Below the pieces are notes generated by a model. The model did no database searches. It was not told the origin of the DNA and worked only from the letters and a program-made list of their open reading frames with translations. A DNA stretch of 54,406 nt, the filler included, from Basidioascus undulatus (Eukaryota), in the NCBI GenBank assembly GCA_000826855.1. It is 4 parts of 4 records of this genome, joined end to end, with 100 filler letters (N's around TTAATTAATTAA, not from the genome) between each part and the next. Parts side by side here need not be neighbours in the genome. Positions count along the whole stretch, not along the records: positions 13,634 to 27,165 come from JTLS01000807.1; 3 more parts are not named here. One strand, 5' to 3'. Positions 13,684 to 26,400 of the stretch are shown piece after piece. Every line of letters begins with the position of its first letter. Positions within the stretch are counted from its first letter, which is position 1. A program made the translations under genes and the position numbers.

Positions 13684-14334
13684 TCACGCTCGGTGACCTC
13701 CTCCTCCCCTCCACGTCCCTCGTGCGGGCCGCGTTGGAGCACGTCGATGAGGAGCTGCCCCTCGAGGTGCTGAACCACTCGCTGAGGACTTGTAGGATTG
13801 GGTGGCGCTAGTAAAGACGCAGTTTCGGGAGTGGGAGTGGGAGTTCGATGAGGAAGGGTTTCTACTTGCTGCCCGTGAGTCTTCTATAATTGATCGTTCG
13901 AGATAAATAGAGTGAGCTGAACTGTCAGGGTTGTTCGGACAGTCTTTCACGATATCGGCTGCACGCCCAAGAACCTCACGGCGACGTACATGTCTTTCGA
14001 GGCACGTATTCCTTCACCGTACCTCCACGAGCTGTACGCCATATTTATGACCTTGACAGGCCCTACAGTACCAGGGCAGGATCCTAGCTCGCGAATGGCT
14101 CCTGAACGTCGGGAAGGCTAAACGGTCCCTCGGGGACGGGGTAGCGGAGATGATCTTCCGGTGCGTACCCTCCTCTTCCTCTTCCAGTCCCACGAACAAC
14201 GTTCTCCAGACTTCGTCTGTGCAGGCACACAGGTATGGCTTTCTTTCTGAAAGTCCCCGGTCGAAGGCCTGAAGCGCAAGGTGGTCGGGAACAGATTTCG
14301 TGGGCGGGAAGATCACGCTGCACGGACAAATCAT
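13684..14334 (-). CDS. Hypothetical protein, structure uncertain
   Basis: ORFs 14014-14334 and 13684-13950 can be joined by an intron and end in an RG-rich tail. No family recognised. Confidence 0.3.
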
Positions 14335-15633
14335 TCAGCTCGCTACGTTAATAGATGGGTCCCAATGCTCCATGATAAAACTTCCCACTTGTCACTGACC
14401 AGCCGGGGCGCTGATGCTGTTCAGACAACCTCGGCACCCGCTCGCAGTGGATCCACCCCAAGACGTACGAGGCCATTGTTGAAGCGCACCCTCGATCAGT
14501 CTCCTTACATTCAAAACCTTCTGTACGTTATCTTATGGGTGCTTTTTAAAGTCTCGGCTGGTCCTCATGCTTCGCCCACACAATGGACAATGAGCTGGAG
14601 CTGAAACCGTGGAGGTGCGTTACTGCCCCCTGTCCCCCTCAAACCTCCCCACTCTTCCTCTTCCACCTCTGCACTTTTCCCCACTCATCAACCCTCTGCA
14701 ACTTTTGCTGCTTCCCCCAGCCACACCACATTCCTCCCCGCCAGGTTCAGGGATGACAGCCGCAACAACGCCTTCGCGAAGCCGTTCGAGGAGAAAGAGA
14801 AGACGCGCGGGTTGGAACCGACTTGGGTGGACAGGGAGGACAGGCGGGTGAAGGAGAAGATTGAAGTTGAATGAGGGGAAGGGGGAGGATGGGTCTTGAG
14901 TTTGAACAAGAGTGGCGTAACGGATTGGTTCCTGTCGTATTTCATGAGTGTGTGTATCGGACCGCGGGTGCGGAACTGAGCAAGGGCTCGTATTCTGGTC
15001 GACTGTACAAAGAAGGTTTTAAAATTTCGACAGACCTCCTTCGTAACTGTTTGTACATCGTCCAGGAGCTCTACGAGAACTGCAAAGGTATGCAGTCCGC
15101 GCAGCGTGAGTTGGAGCCAGCGCGTCTTGTCGGCAACCTCGCCTTCAAGATGCATCTTTGTTCGTCCAAGGCCTGTGTTCATCAATGACGTGGAAGGACC
15201 CCTCTTACTCCTCTTTACTAAACGTGGAAAGAACTCTTACATCCCACTTCGAAGTACATCTACAGCAAGAAGTACAAGAGGAACAACTGCCGAATGGAAA
15301 TTACCTACACAGGGCGACTCACTTCTCAAATCTGTTCTCGGTAAAGCTCTTTATCGAGACCTCCCGAGCAGGCTCTCCTCTAATCCATACATTCACCCAG
15401 GTGGAGCTCCAGTTCATATGAACGGCGCGGAAAGGGAGACCAACGTTCTCAGCCAAGGCTTTGCAGTTTCGGCGGCCTGCGGGAACACGCCTTTCTCACG
15501 CCCAGCCAAAGAAAAGTTGCAATTTAAATAAGATTACATTCAGTGTGCAGGGGAGAGTAAGTGTGCGTGGGATTCAGTGAAGCAACAAAAGTCCCCTCTA
15601 GCTTAGTGTCCAAACGAGCCCCCTTCGATGCAT

Positions 15634-16763
15634 TTAGTGCTCCTTCTCCCCCTTGCCATTGCCGTGAGCCTGCTCCAACTTCTGCAGCTCCTTCCGCCGC
15701 TCTTCGTCGGGAAGCACCGCCATCCAAGAGTGTTCCGGGTTCTCGGCCTGCGACAGACATGTCCCTACAGCTATCAGCACGTAGCCGCTGCGGATACTGT
15801 GCACGGCAGGACTTGCCTCGCTGAGCTCGTCTTCGCCCTTGAAGTGAAGCGTCGTAAGCCCGGCGGTGGCGATAAGCATGGCAATTGTAGTGCCTGCAAA
15901 GTTGAGGTACCTGCATAAGCGAGCGAAGTGAGACGTGAAGGGAAGACTACGTACCCTGAGCCCACATACGAGCGTGCTGTCCCGGTCGCACATGTCAGTC
16001 AAAACGCTCAGTAACAGAATGGAAGATGTGAAAATGGCATATCTGGACGAGCTTCTGTGGGAATGACTGGTACCGGTCGCGGAAGATGGTCAAGCTCGAA
16101 ACCGCCATGGCAGCGACCCAGCTATGATAGACCGCAGTCAGCGTTCGCTCGCGGTAATCAAACAGACAAGGAGCGATAGAAGACTTGCCTTCCCGCAACA
16201 ATCTTGTATCGGTGCTCCTTCGCCCACTTGATAGCCTTGTCCTTCGTCCCCATCGCCTCCCACGCCTGCCGCTCCCGCTTGGCGATGGCCTCCATCGCCG
16301 CAGCCCCTTCGTCGCGCCATTGCGCCCTCTCAAAAGCCCGGCTGTATCCGAAGATGTATTCAGCTCCTAATCTGGCATTGGCGAAAAAGCTCGCCAGACC
16401 GAGTTACCCGCTATTCTCAGCATTCGTAATAGCACACGCTGCAGTCAGCATCGTGAGCCCGAAGGCCTTGGCGGGCGGCGTGAGCTGACGCCAACCAGAC
16501 CAGGTTCTGCTGAGGATGGCCGCCGTAGCCAACCCGCTGAGGGCCACAGATACTTCGATCAGTGCAAGGCCTTCGATGAAGATTATGCGACGACTCACCT
16601 GCCCAAGCCCACCGCCGCTCCCTTCAAACCCCCGCGAATAACCGCGTCCTGGTAGGCGTTCACCTCTTCCTGCTCAGACCCGAACGCAGCTGATGTCAGT
16701 GTGCTTCCGGATCGAAACCTCGCGTGTGAGTGTGCGTTGACTTACGGCGGAAACGATCTTCAT
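15634..16763 (-). CDS. RCF2: Respiratory supercomplex factor 2 (HIG1-domain mitochondrial protein)
   Basis: Eight exons splice to MKIVSAEEVNAYQDAVIRGGLKG...WAKEHRYKIVAGSWVAAMAVS...QSFPQKLVQARMWAQGTTIAMLIATAGL..., matching the Rcf2 N-terminus and the HIG1 motif. The model uses 2 GC-AG introns and 1 AT-AC intron. Confidence 0.9.
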
Positions 16764-19511
16764 TGCTGGGTCTTTCGGAGGGTGGTCGAGAATATGCGGA
16801 AGGTTGAGTTACTAAGATCAATTGCAGGAACGGATAGGAGATTGACAGAGGGGGAAAGATGGGAAGACGAGGAGGTGAGACGGAGCTGAGTGGGGCGAGG
16901 CAAACTCACGTGCGAGCGCTAAAGTGAGGTCATCTTCTGTTCTTTATCGCAGGTACCGCTTTCCCCCTCCTTTTCCACAACCGCATTTAGTAAAGAGTGA
17001 ACGGCTACCAAAGGCCAAGGAGAAAGTCAGCCGCTACACAGTGCGAGGTGCCGCAGTGACTGTAGCCGGCCGGGGATGAGGGAACGATGCGTGCCATGGG
17101 TGCTGGTCACTTCACGAAGCGCACTGGAGCGTCTTCCCTTAACATTGTCATCACGTCCTTTTTTTCCCGGGGAGAGCCAGTCACCGTTGTAGGTCATTTT
17201 GGCGCAGGCCGTGTTATCGCTGTATTAACTTGCTGGGTTCTCTGTGAGCGCATTGCGAGCTCGAAAGTGCTATGCAGTGGCTCCCATGGTCAGCTGAGGT
17301 AGTTTCGACACTTTCTGTGAACTTGTACCCGGTCATAGCGACGTATTTCGAGAAACACGTGTGTGTGTTTCGAGAGAAGCTGCGGAACAGCACATCATCG
17401 AGACGAGCACGCGCGACTGGACGGCGCTCGCGCTGGCGTTTACCTCATCCCACCAACCCGCGTTCCGACTGACGACTGACTCGCATATTTTAAGACGGTT
17501 ATGTTCTCAGACTTGTGCGTCTGTTCTGCAACCACTTCTTTGCGGTCCGCTCACTCGAAACGTTCCATACCACCGGCTCCCGGGCGGTCGTTCAACCTTC
17601 GTGCTCCCTTTGCTGATCCCGGCGGGACGCCGCCTCATGGCACGGCACGACCATACGTCAGAAACGGACAACCATTTCGGCTCCGTTCTGCTAGTTGGGT
17701 CCCTCCTGGTGGACAGCGCTGGCATGCTTATCATCGGCACCTGTCGGGCACGGCATATTTGGTGGTCGGTAAGTTCAGCGGTCTGGGTGTTCTGAAGCCC
17801 TTGTTACTGCGGTCTCACAGACGCGCCGCTTGTTCCTGCAGGTATCCTGGTCATGTCTCTGGCAAGCGGCTGGAGGCCGGCGCTGAATTCGCTGCTTCTT
17901 GCGTCAGTCAGCACTAACAAGCGCGGTAAGAGAGCCATTGGCGTTTTTCCTCTTTAGAAAGAAGGGGGATCTGACGGACCCTCTTTATTCTGCAGCTGAG
18001 ATTCTTGCCGCTGCAAACCTGTGCGACCAGTTCAGTGGCGCACATTCCCCGCTCATTGTAAGCTGTCAACATATGCGGTAACTCTCGTTCATATTCTCAC
18101 GACATGCCTGACCAACAGTTTGGTGCTCTCTATCCGGCGACCGTTGCGCGCATGCCCCGGCTCGTCTTCCTATGCCAATCAGTCTTGACACTCTTGGCTG
18201 TTATCCAGTGCTAGCTGCCGTGGGGTTATCGGCCAAGCGTGGCGTCAGGCTGATTTGAGGGGTTTCTGAGTGTATTGTGAAGCGTTGTAATATAATGTAC
18301 CTTGCTTGCTTCTTGATGTTCGCCGTATTTGGCGTTCTGGAGTGTCCGCATTCACCGACTGCAAGGCTACTTCCCGAGCGGGACGCCGCCATGAGCCGTG
18401 GCGCGGCTCTGCACGACGTCGTCGTCCTCTTCTGAGAGGGATCTCAAAACCGACAGCCTAAAGGAATGAAGGAGAGTCTGCGGCAGGGGAAGGGCAAACT
18501 TGCTTCAAGCCGGGCTCGCCTAGCAACTCGTCGACGTGAACAGTTTGGATTTGAGAGATAAGGTGAGTCTATTGATGCTCAGGAGAGGAAAGTTGTCGTA
18601 CACCTCTAAACTCTGTTACAAGAATACCAGCCCACGGAAAGGACTGCTTGCGCTGCAAGTTGCCACAGATGCGGGCAAAGGAGGTCTCGACAACCAGAAA
18701 AATGCCGGCGATCCATGAAGAGGTCCAAACCCCTTTCGTGGACGGTACTTTTCTCGAAAGTCACTTTCATGGGAGCAGAAAAAACCAATACATCAGACAC
18801 TGCTGCTGCCCTTCCTGAACCGGAACCGCAGACTCGCACGTCGGTGCTCTCGCCTCCTCGATCCCCCCTTCCTGTCGCAATTCGTGGCTTCTCCATATCG
18901 TTACCACACATCCGGGAAATGTTAAGAATTTCTAGGGGCGACGAGACCAGGAATGACACAGGGCATGGCACAGGCACCCGCACAAAGGTCTGCAAGAACT
19001 TCAACCGCAAGCTCGAAAAAGGAACGGGTATACAACAAACAGCCAACCAAGCGCAAAATACGAATAGCAGAAAACAAAACAACAACACATACGCAAAAAG
19101 ATATCAAACCGTCCGGGCAGCGCATAGCGCTCGAGGCGGGTAGCGACGTAAGAACCACAGCCGCGCCTCAACAGGTGTACGTCAAGAGGGTCCATAACGA
19201 GGGGAGTACATCAAGCGAGCGCAGGGTGGAGACGTGAGACGTAGCAGACAGGTCGCAGGACATGGGCGTGAAGTGATACGAGTTACGAGGGTACAAGACC
19301 GAGCGACCGACTGAACAGTCCAACAAGCAGGGGTACAGGAGACGAGAGTGTTCTCGAAAACAACAAAGAGAAACCGAGGGTGCAATGGGAATGAAAGAAA
19401 CGGTGCTCGGGGGGAAAGAGTTCGGATGTGGATTGAGAAGCGAGATGGGTTGAATGGAGCGAAGTGTACGGGATAATGCTTGAATGAGAAGTGTGGGGAT
19501 GCAAATGCGTA

Positions 19512-19531
19512 TGTGTGTGTGTGTGTGTGTG
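19512..19531. repeat. (TG)10 microsatellite
   Basis: Seen directly; probably in the 3' UTR of the ORF at 19724-20698. Confidence 0.9.
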
Positions 19532-19723
19532 ATTGAAAGAAAGGCGGGGTTGCTATGCGAGACAAAGACGAAATGGAAAGGAAGAAAGCGAAGAGGCAAA
19601 AGTCGAAGAATGGGGAAAAGTGTTCGTGCTGTCGGAAGGCAGGGTAAGCGATGGAGGCGGGGTTGAGAAGAAAGTAGGTACCTCAACGCATCCGGGCAAC
19701 AAAACCGACCCTCTTCCCAACTC

Positions 19724-20698
19724 TCAGCTCTCCTGCGGCCCCCCTCCAATCCTAAGCTTCGCCAGCGCCGGCTTCAGCCCCACTCTTGGCGACGCCGGCA
19801 CGGACACCGGGACGGGGGCGCGGGGGAAGTAGCTCCCCAACTCCGTGTCCCTCTCCTTTCCCAGCCTGCGGCGGGTCGGCGACGCCGGCGCGGACTCCGC
19901 GATAGCCGCGAGCGCGGGGGGGGTGGCCTTGGTCGGCGACGACGCGAGGGAGGGCGTGGCGGAGGCGGACCACCAGGCCTGGGTCTTCCCTGGCGAGGGG
20001 CTGGTAGGGGAGCGAAGGGACAGCGAGGGGGAGACGGCGCGCGGGTGCGGGGCGTGGGGGAAGTGGCCGGGGTGGAAGTCGAGCGAGTGGCGCGCGCGCG
20101 AAAAGACGGGGGTGGTTAGGGGGAAGTCGTCCGAGTCGGAATCCGAGCATGAGGTGGAGGAGGAGGAGGAGACGATCCCGTAGGAGGCGGAGATGGAGAC
20201 CGACGAGGGCGGGGAGGAGAAGCACGCGCCGCCCGAGGAGGACGTCCCGCTCACGCTCTCGTCCGGCTCCTCGGCGTCCCCATCACCCTCGTCGCTCCCG
20301 CTCCTGCTCCGCTTCTCCCTTGCGCCCAGCCAGCCGCGCACGATCCTGAGCGCGCCGGGGGAGCGCATGCCCGACGGAGGAGGGGGGGGAAGGCTCCCGA
20401 GCGTGGGCATGGAGCCGTTCGTCCATGTGGGTGCCTTGCGCGCGCGCGGCCTCGCTGTGGGCTGGTGAGGGGAAGGGACGCTGGGCTCCGAGACGCGGCG
20501 CGGGGGAGTGGGCGGCGTGCGTGTGGAGAAGCGGCGGGCGAGCTTGGTTGGCCAGCTGGCGGCGAGGGGCGGGGTAGTGGGTGCGGAAGAGGAGGAAGAG
20601 GAGGAAGGGTCGGAGAGGAAGATGGAGAGCTGCTCGGGGTGCGGGGCTATGTCGAGCTGCTCGGTGAAGAGCGAGGTGCGGCGGGCTGCGACTGCCAT
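19724..20698 (-). CDS. Ser/Pro-rich hypothetical protein, probably disordered (324 aa)
   Basis: Single ATG-initiated ORF with high GC3 and a pyrimidine-rich leader. No domain recognised. Confidence 0.6.
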   Translation of the reverse strand: MAVAARRTSLFTEQLDIAPHPEQLSIFLSDPSSSSSSSAPTTPPLAASWPTKLARRFSTRTPPTPPRRVSEPSVPSPHQPTARPRARKAPTWTNGSMPTLGSLPPPPPSGMRSPGALRIVRGWLGAREKRSRSGSDEGDGDAEEPDESVSGTSSSGGACFSSPPSSVSISASYGIVSSSSSTSCSDSDSDDFPLTTPVFSRARHSLDFHPGHFPHAPHPRAVSPSLSLRSPTSPSPGKTQAWWSASATPSLASSPTKATPPALAAIAESAPASPTRRRLGKERDTELGSYFPRAPVPVSVPASPRVGLKPALAKLRIGGGPQES

Positions 20699-23600
20699 GC
20701 TGGGTGGATGGGTGTTGTGAGATCGACAGGGGCGGGCGTTTACGACAGGTAATGAAGAGAGTGCGGAGTGCGTCGTCGAGAATGAAGAGGGGTGCGGGGG
20801 GGGACGAGGAGGGATAGGGGCCCCGTCGGTTCGCTCGTCGCTCGCTCGTGAAAGAGAGGACGACGAGAGCGCTGAAGCTCAAAAACGCCAGGTATGATCG
20901 GTAGCTGTGATCGGAGGAGGTCGTGTGCGCGATGGTGCGGCGGCGGATGAGGGGAAAGGGGAGGAGGATGTTGCTGAGGAGGAACGAGCGTTCGTGAAGC
21001 GGCGTTAGCGTTCGCTCGTGTGCTTGGCTCTGATTTGAACTGAAGAGTGTGCACAAGTCTAAACCGACACGAAACGAGACGAAACGAAACAGAAAAAAAA
21101 TGGTGGATGTTGCAGCTGCGCTGCGTGAGGACCGAGCGCGCAGCCACAAGGCTGAGAGTTGGTCGAGCGAGCAAGCGAGAAGACATGCCGGCGACCCTCG
21201 CGCGTAACCGGTCCAAGACAATAATGACCCGGCGCAGCCTTGCAGCCCGACAACATTTCCATCCCAACCAAGAATTTCCTAGCGTCCAAACAGTATCCAG
21301 TACCTCACTCTGCGCTGCGCACTCCCCTCCCCTCCCCGTCCGCAGCGCGAGCGAGCAGCATCATAAACGACTCACCGAAGACGCTCGGCAGGCTTGCACC
21401 TTTTAGGGGCTTGAAGTTGCCCACAAGTCAATCGGACTGCTTGAGCGCTTTGCCTTAGCGGGTCACGCGCAAGCGAGCGAGCAGGGGACCAAAGCACCGG
21501 ATCGGGATGGGCTGGAGGTTCGAAGAGGGATAAGGAGTGCGAGCCGAAGTCAAGTCGCGATTAGCTGCTCGCTCTTCGCTGCGAGCGCTATCGTCGTCGT
21601 CGGCGGCGATATGGGAGAGCGTAGTGGTTGGGGGAAGAGGGCAGCCCGGCACAAACAGACCCAAGACCTCGCCGTTAGAACTTGGACCAATTCAACGATG
21701 AGACGTTCATGTTCGAGGTCTGGTCGAGTGAGGATCAGCCGGAAATAAGATCGAGGGTGCCTATTGTTCGAGGGTCCGTCTCGGTTGACGCATGAAGTGC
21801 GAGCGCGCGCCGGGGCCCAAGGGCCAAGGGGCGAAAATCTGCCCTCGTTCCGATCTCCTGGGTTTTGAACCTTCTGAGGTGCGATGCACAACAGAACCCT
21901 TTTTCGCGAGAGCGCGAGTGCAGGGCGAAAGAAGTTTTGCAGCAGGACGCGTACGGATGGACGAAGAGCTCAAAAGAGCACGTAGCTGGTGAGTGGGATA
22001 AAGGGGGATTGTTTGGCCGACGAGGGCGACGACGGGAAAGGCAGCCACGCCTCGCGAGATCTCCTCAAAGGATCAGCGCGCGGCAGTCCGCAAGTCAGTC
22101 CGCAAGCGGCAAGATATTACAGGTCGAGGCCTCGCTGCGGAGGGCAAGCGGGATGAAAGGTGAAGCGGAAGGGAACACCAAGGGATGACGACGAGGTGTA
22201 GTGCATGTGAAAGGGCATGGTTGAAGGAGGTGGTCTTGAAGAGGGACCTGAGGGGAATGAGGCCCGCAGGCATGGCTAGGCTCGCGTACCGCGGTATTAT
22301 CAAAAGACTGCTGGGAAGAGAAGGGTGAGTCCAGAAGCGAAAGGATGACAAGCGAAGAGTAAAGGAGTGGGGAGGGGAAGGGGGGAGAAAAGGGGACGGA
22401 CGGCGCAAAGTGAAAACGTGGAACGGGGTACATGTCGTTTCTTTCAATGGGGCTTCTGTATTAAGAGGGGCACATTCTCGAATTCTTTTCTATGGGCACC
22501 CTTCCAACACCGGTGGCCTTGAACAGCCAGGCGGGGGCGATCTACGATGAGCGCTGCCAATGGGGACGCGGTAGCTCTCCTGCCTAGGCTTGTATCATGT
22601 GTCATTCAACTAGTCCGGTCATACACCAGGGGCGTGGAAAACTGGACCTTTGAGGGCTCGCTCATGAAGTGTCACTAGAGTGAAGTTGTTGCGAAAGCGT
22701 GCGAGAGACGACAGCGACGCGACTGTTCGTCTGGGCATGCCAGTGAGCTGAAAGCCGGCGCTCAAGTAACTCCGTGGCCAGACGATGTGAATGAAAAAAA
22801 CTGCTTCCATATTGGGCCAATTAACCCTTAAGGAAAGGCCTCCGCGTTGTGGGAACGATTCGCAGCCCGCTGGGACGATTCAATCAATTCGGATTGAAAG
22901 CACCGGCGCAGTCGAACGAGCCGAGGCTACACCCGGATCGCCTTAGATGAATGGTCAGAGATTTCGTAAATCACGGAACTAATATCATCCTCAAGTACCA
23001 GCAAACGAGAGCGCAAGTTTCGCGAGGAGACGAGGCGGTGTGCCGGTTGAAGCGTGAAAGAGAGGCTCGGGCTGGCGTTGATTCGTCGATATTAATGATG
23101 TCCGTCGCATGGACGCCGGACTCCAGAGACCACGTCGAGAATTTCAGAATTTGGTTTGAAAGCCCCAAGGTCGACATGCGTACAAAAGGCAGTCGTCCGC
23201 CAACTCCCTCTTCTCTTTCAAAGCTATTTTTCGAGGCCCCGGAGACAATCAGAATCAGCCCTTGAAGCTTGTATATTGAAAGGAGGTTCCGCTCACAATG
23301 CGCCTGTGTGTGATCAGCCTGTGTCCTTCGTAAGGGGCGTTCTTTGAAATCGACCGAGCCTCTTCAGAGCGCTCGCGCACTCGAAGATCTTGACCAAGAA
23401 GGAGATACCATCTGCCCTTCATATCTACATAACGGACTAAAAATTTCAATCGGGAATCCAACTACAGTCTGGAACAGGCCGTTGTACGCCGGCGACACGC
23501 TGGTGTCCACGTCTCCTTGGTCCAGACGTTGGGGGTGCGGCTCCCTTTGGCGAGGTGGACATGAGCACCGACGTCGGCTTGAGAGGTAAGTGCAGTTATC

Positions 23601-24299
23601 CACTCTCTCCGTGAGATGGTAGCGAGATATGTGAGGGGGGCGTTCGTACATATGTAGACGTTCGCGGGGCTCGTAATGGACGGTCCTGAGGATATCGCGG
23701 CGTAGCTCTCGAGGAGGCAAAGTCATCGAGGTGTCAACGACCGTTGGGCCACCTGATTGATCCCACATTGCACACCCAAGCTCACGCATTGCCTGCCTGG
23801 TATACATCCGCGGCGTGTTTATACACGCATCCGCACTGAGTTACCGTGACTGGTGGACCGGGTCACAACGCCACTTCTTCTCCCGTGGATCCCAAGGATT
23901 CCTTTAAAAAACCACGGTTAATAGTGATATGACTCAGCTCCATCCGGATCAACAAGAATTCCATGCGCATACTGACCTGTGACGAGCAGTCAACCGGAAC
24001 CGCTGCTCACTGTAACAGCTGTCGACCTGCCACCGAGGGCCATCCACTGCCATTGCCCCTCAACTTGCCTCAGCTTGACCATGAAAGCTGACTGAGTGTA
24101 ATCAGTGAAGCCCAAGTCAGCATCGCCGCTTTGCAGGACGTTTTGGGCCAGGCATTCTTTGAAGAGTTCCCGAATACAAGCCAGGTCAAAAATTGCAAAC
24201 TAGCATGATACACGAAAGCAAAGTACATTGTAGATTTAAGCATGGTTGACAGTGTAAACAACGTATGGACTGTTGTGGTCCCATTGAGTCTCGATCTCA

Positions 24300-25255
24300 C
24301 ACCTCGGAAATCGTTCCTCCAGCCAATCCTCCAGCTCCTTAGCTTATCCTCCATCACCTCATGAAGGAAAACCGCGATATCCAGCTCCTCTACGCATCCC
24401 CGAAGCGTTCCTTTTTTACGCTGTCTTGGTACAAGATTTGGCGGCCATTGTCGTTGCACAGCAGGACGCCTTCGTCGTCGGTGAGCAGCACCTTCACCAC
24501 AACTCTCGCAGGACGGGAAGCTCTGCGCCATCGAGAAGGTCGTTAAGGGTATCGACCAAGGCGGAAGTGGACCCGTATTCCTCCCCAGTGTAGTAAAGGT
24601 CCGTCGAGAGTCCCTCGAGCTGTTGCCCCTCTCCGTGAAGGAACTTGTTCCACGGCCGAGACAGTCGGATGCCCTACTCCCATGGCAGTATGTACGATGA
24701 CCAGTGATCAAAGTCGATGGTGTTTACGGGGTGGAAATCCAAGACAGTCCCCCAAGCGGAGGAGGGTTGGTGAGCAAAGTGCGGTAGGACTCTAGATAGG
24801 GAAGGGACGCGATAGCGGAAAGGAGCGTCCGGTCAAAGGAGATATCGCCGTAACATTGCAATTTGAGGGAGCGGACGTTGGGTATCAGGTGTTGAGCCGT
24901 CGCAGTAACGTCACTATGCTGGAGTTTCAGAAAATTAGCTACTCGTTCTCTCTCAGGTGCGGACTTCGTGAGAGCGCGTAATCGATATACCAGTTTGTAC
25001 TCGGTGCTGTCCGAAACCAGACCATACTGAAGGACTCGATCTTTGTGCCCAAAAAGGGTTGGCAATAAGAAATTTCAGGATGGCCTCTGGTATGAGTTCC
25101 GCGTCCTCCAAGGAATCGGCGAAGACAATATTGAGCGTGATCGGGAGGAAAGCCGTTTATGTAGACCTTTGGCTTCTTGTGGTCGTGAAAAGCGCGCGCC
25201 CAAGGTAGACTCGCGGCGGTGGAACAGACTCGATGAGCCGAAACTCAGAAAACAT
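24300..25255 (-). pseudogene. Degenerate LRR-like gene relic
   Basis: Fragments LIPNVRSLKLQCYG..LLSAIASLPYLES and AELPVLRELW lie in different frames with stops. Confidence 0.4.
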
Positions 25256-25759
25256 TGATCGTGTCGAGCGATGGGTGAAAGCAGCTGAGGGGTCCGCGTT
25301 TCTAGACGGACTTGAGCAACGCAAGAAGGGCGAGCAAAGCGAGAACGAGGGAGGATCCGACTGAAGGTGCGAGGGAGCACTTCGATGTGAGAGAGTGTGA
25401 GGGAGGAGGGTTATTTGAGGGCCACGAGGCTCGAGGGGATGGGAGTTGGTCAAGGTGAGCTTGAGCGAGCTTGAACGAGCGGTGATGAGGATGAAGGGGG
25501 CAGTGTCGCGGCTGCCCCTGCCGGCGGCAAGCTCGCACAGCAGCTGAACAAAGGAGGATACGAACTTCGCACGCCGACTGTCACCATATGGAGAAGAGCG
25601 CCCTTTCGGACCCGCACCTTTGATCAAATTGCGGCCTCGGTCGCCTGGGTTTGAATCGACCATGTCCTCTTTGGCGCTATGCTGCGACGGGCCACAAAGC
25701 CTCTCTTATCTCGCATGGCTCGTTTCCATAATCCATTGGCCTTGAAACGATTTCTTGCT

Positions 25760-26400
25760 AATTTTTAGATTGATTTGCTTCAAAAATGCAGCCCAATCGC
25801 GAGGAAGCAAGGAGCACTGAGGGCTAAAGGTGGCGTCTTCCAGCGTCGCGGAACAGCTCGCAGCGTTTCTCCACCTCGGTCCACCTCGGTCAAATCTCCA
25901 GATGGGAACTCGCTTTAGAAGGCTATGCAGGATCAATCTATACAAGCAAGCATTCCGGAACGTCCTCTGGAAGCACCAAGGTCAACTGTTGGAGGCAGCG
26001 TTCCCTTCTTGTTCCTGCACATCAGGAGTACTTTGCAGCAGTTAGCAGACATTCTGAGCCCATACGTTCTGAGCGCACAGAGAACGAGAGATCGAAGCGT
26101 TCTGTGTAAGGAATCGCATTTTGACCTGAGCTTCGACTGCGGAGGCGATGTAAGATCGGAAGCGAGAATGAACAGGATACTTGATCAATGGTGGTATTAT
26201 CATTTTGCGCGCATGTCGGCTTCAGAGGTGAGCTCCATGATATAGTCTTCTGGGGGTATGGACGCGATTGTTGAGAGGGGCGTGTTTGAGCAATTGTAGA
26301 CGTCCAAGGAACTGGCGATGGGCAAGTGGAGGACATGTGGCTGGGGTTCTCAAGGTGAGGGAAAGGTGATGGCTGGGACTAAGCCGTGTCTTTACGCTAT
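25760..26400 (-). pseudogene. Possible degenerate LRR-like relic
   Basis: Fragments such as HVLHLPIASSLDVYNC and RTLRSLVLCAL with multiple stops; weak evidence. Confidence 0.22.

Noticed and set aside
15974..16042. U12-type (minor spliceosome) intron
   Set aside because: It lacks the ATATCCTT donor and TCCTTAAC branch site; the signals are U2-like.
25554..25669. U1 snRNA, TPP riboswitch or functional tRNA
   Set aside because: No ATACTTACCTG, ATTGCAC loop or Sm site; no CTGAGA TPP core; no canonical T-arm or anticodon loop.
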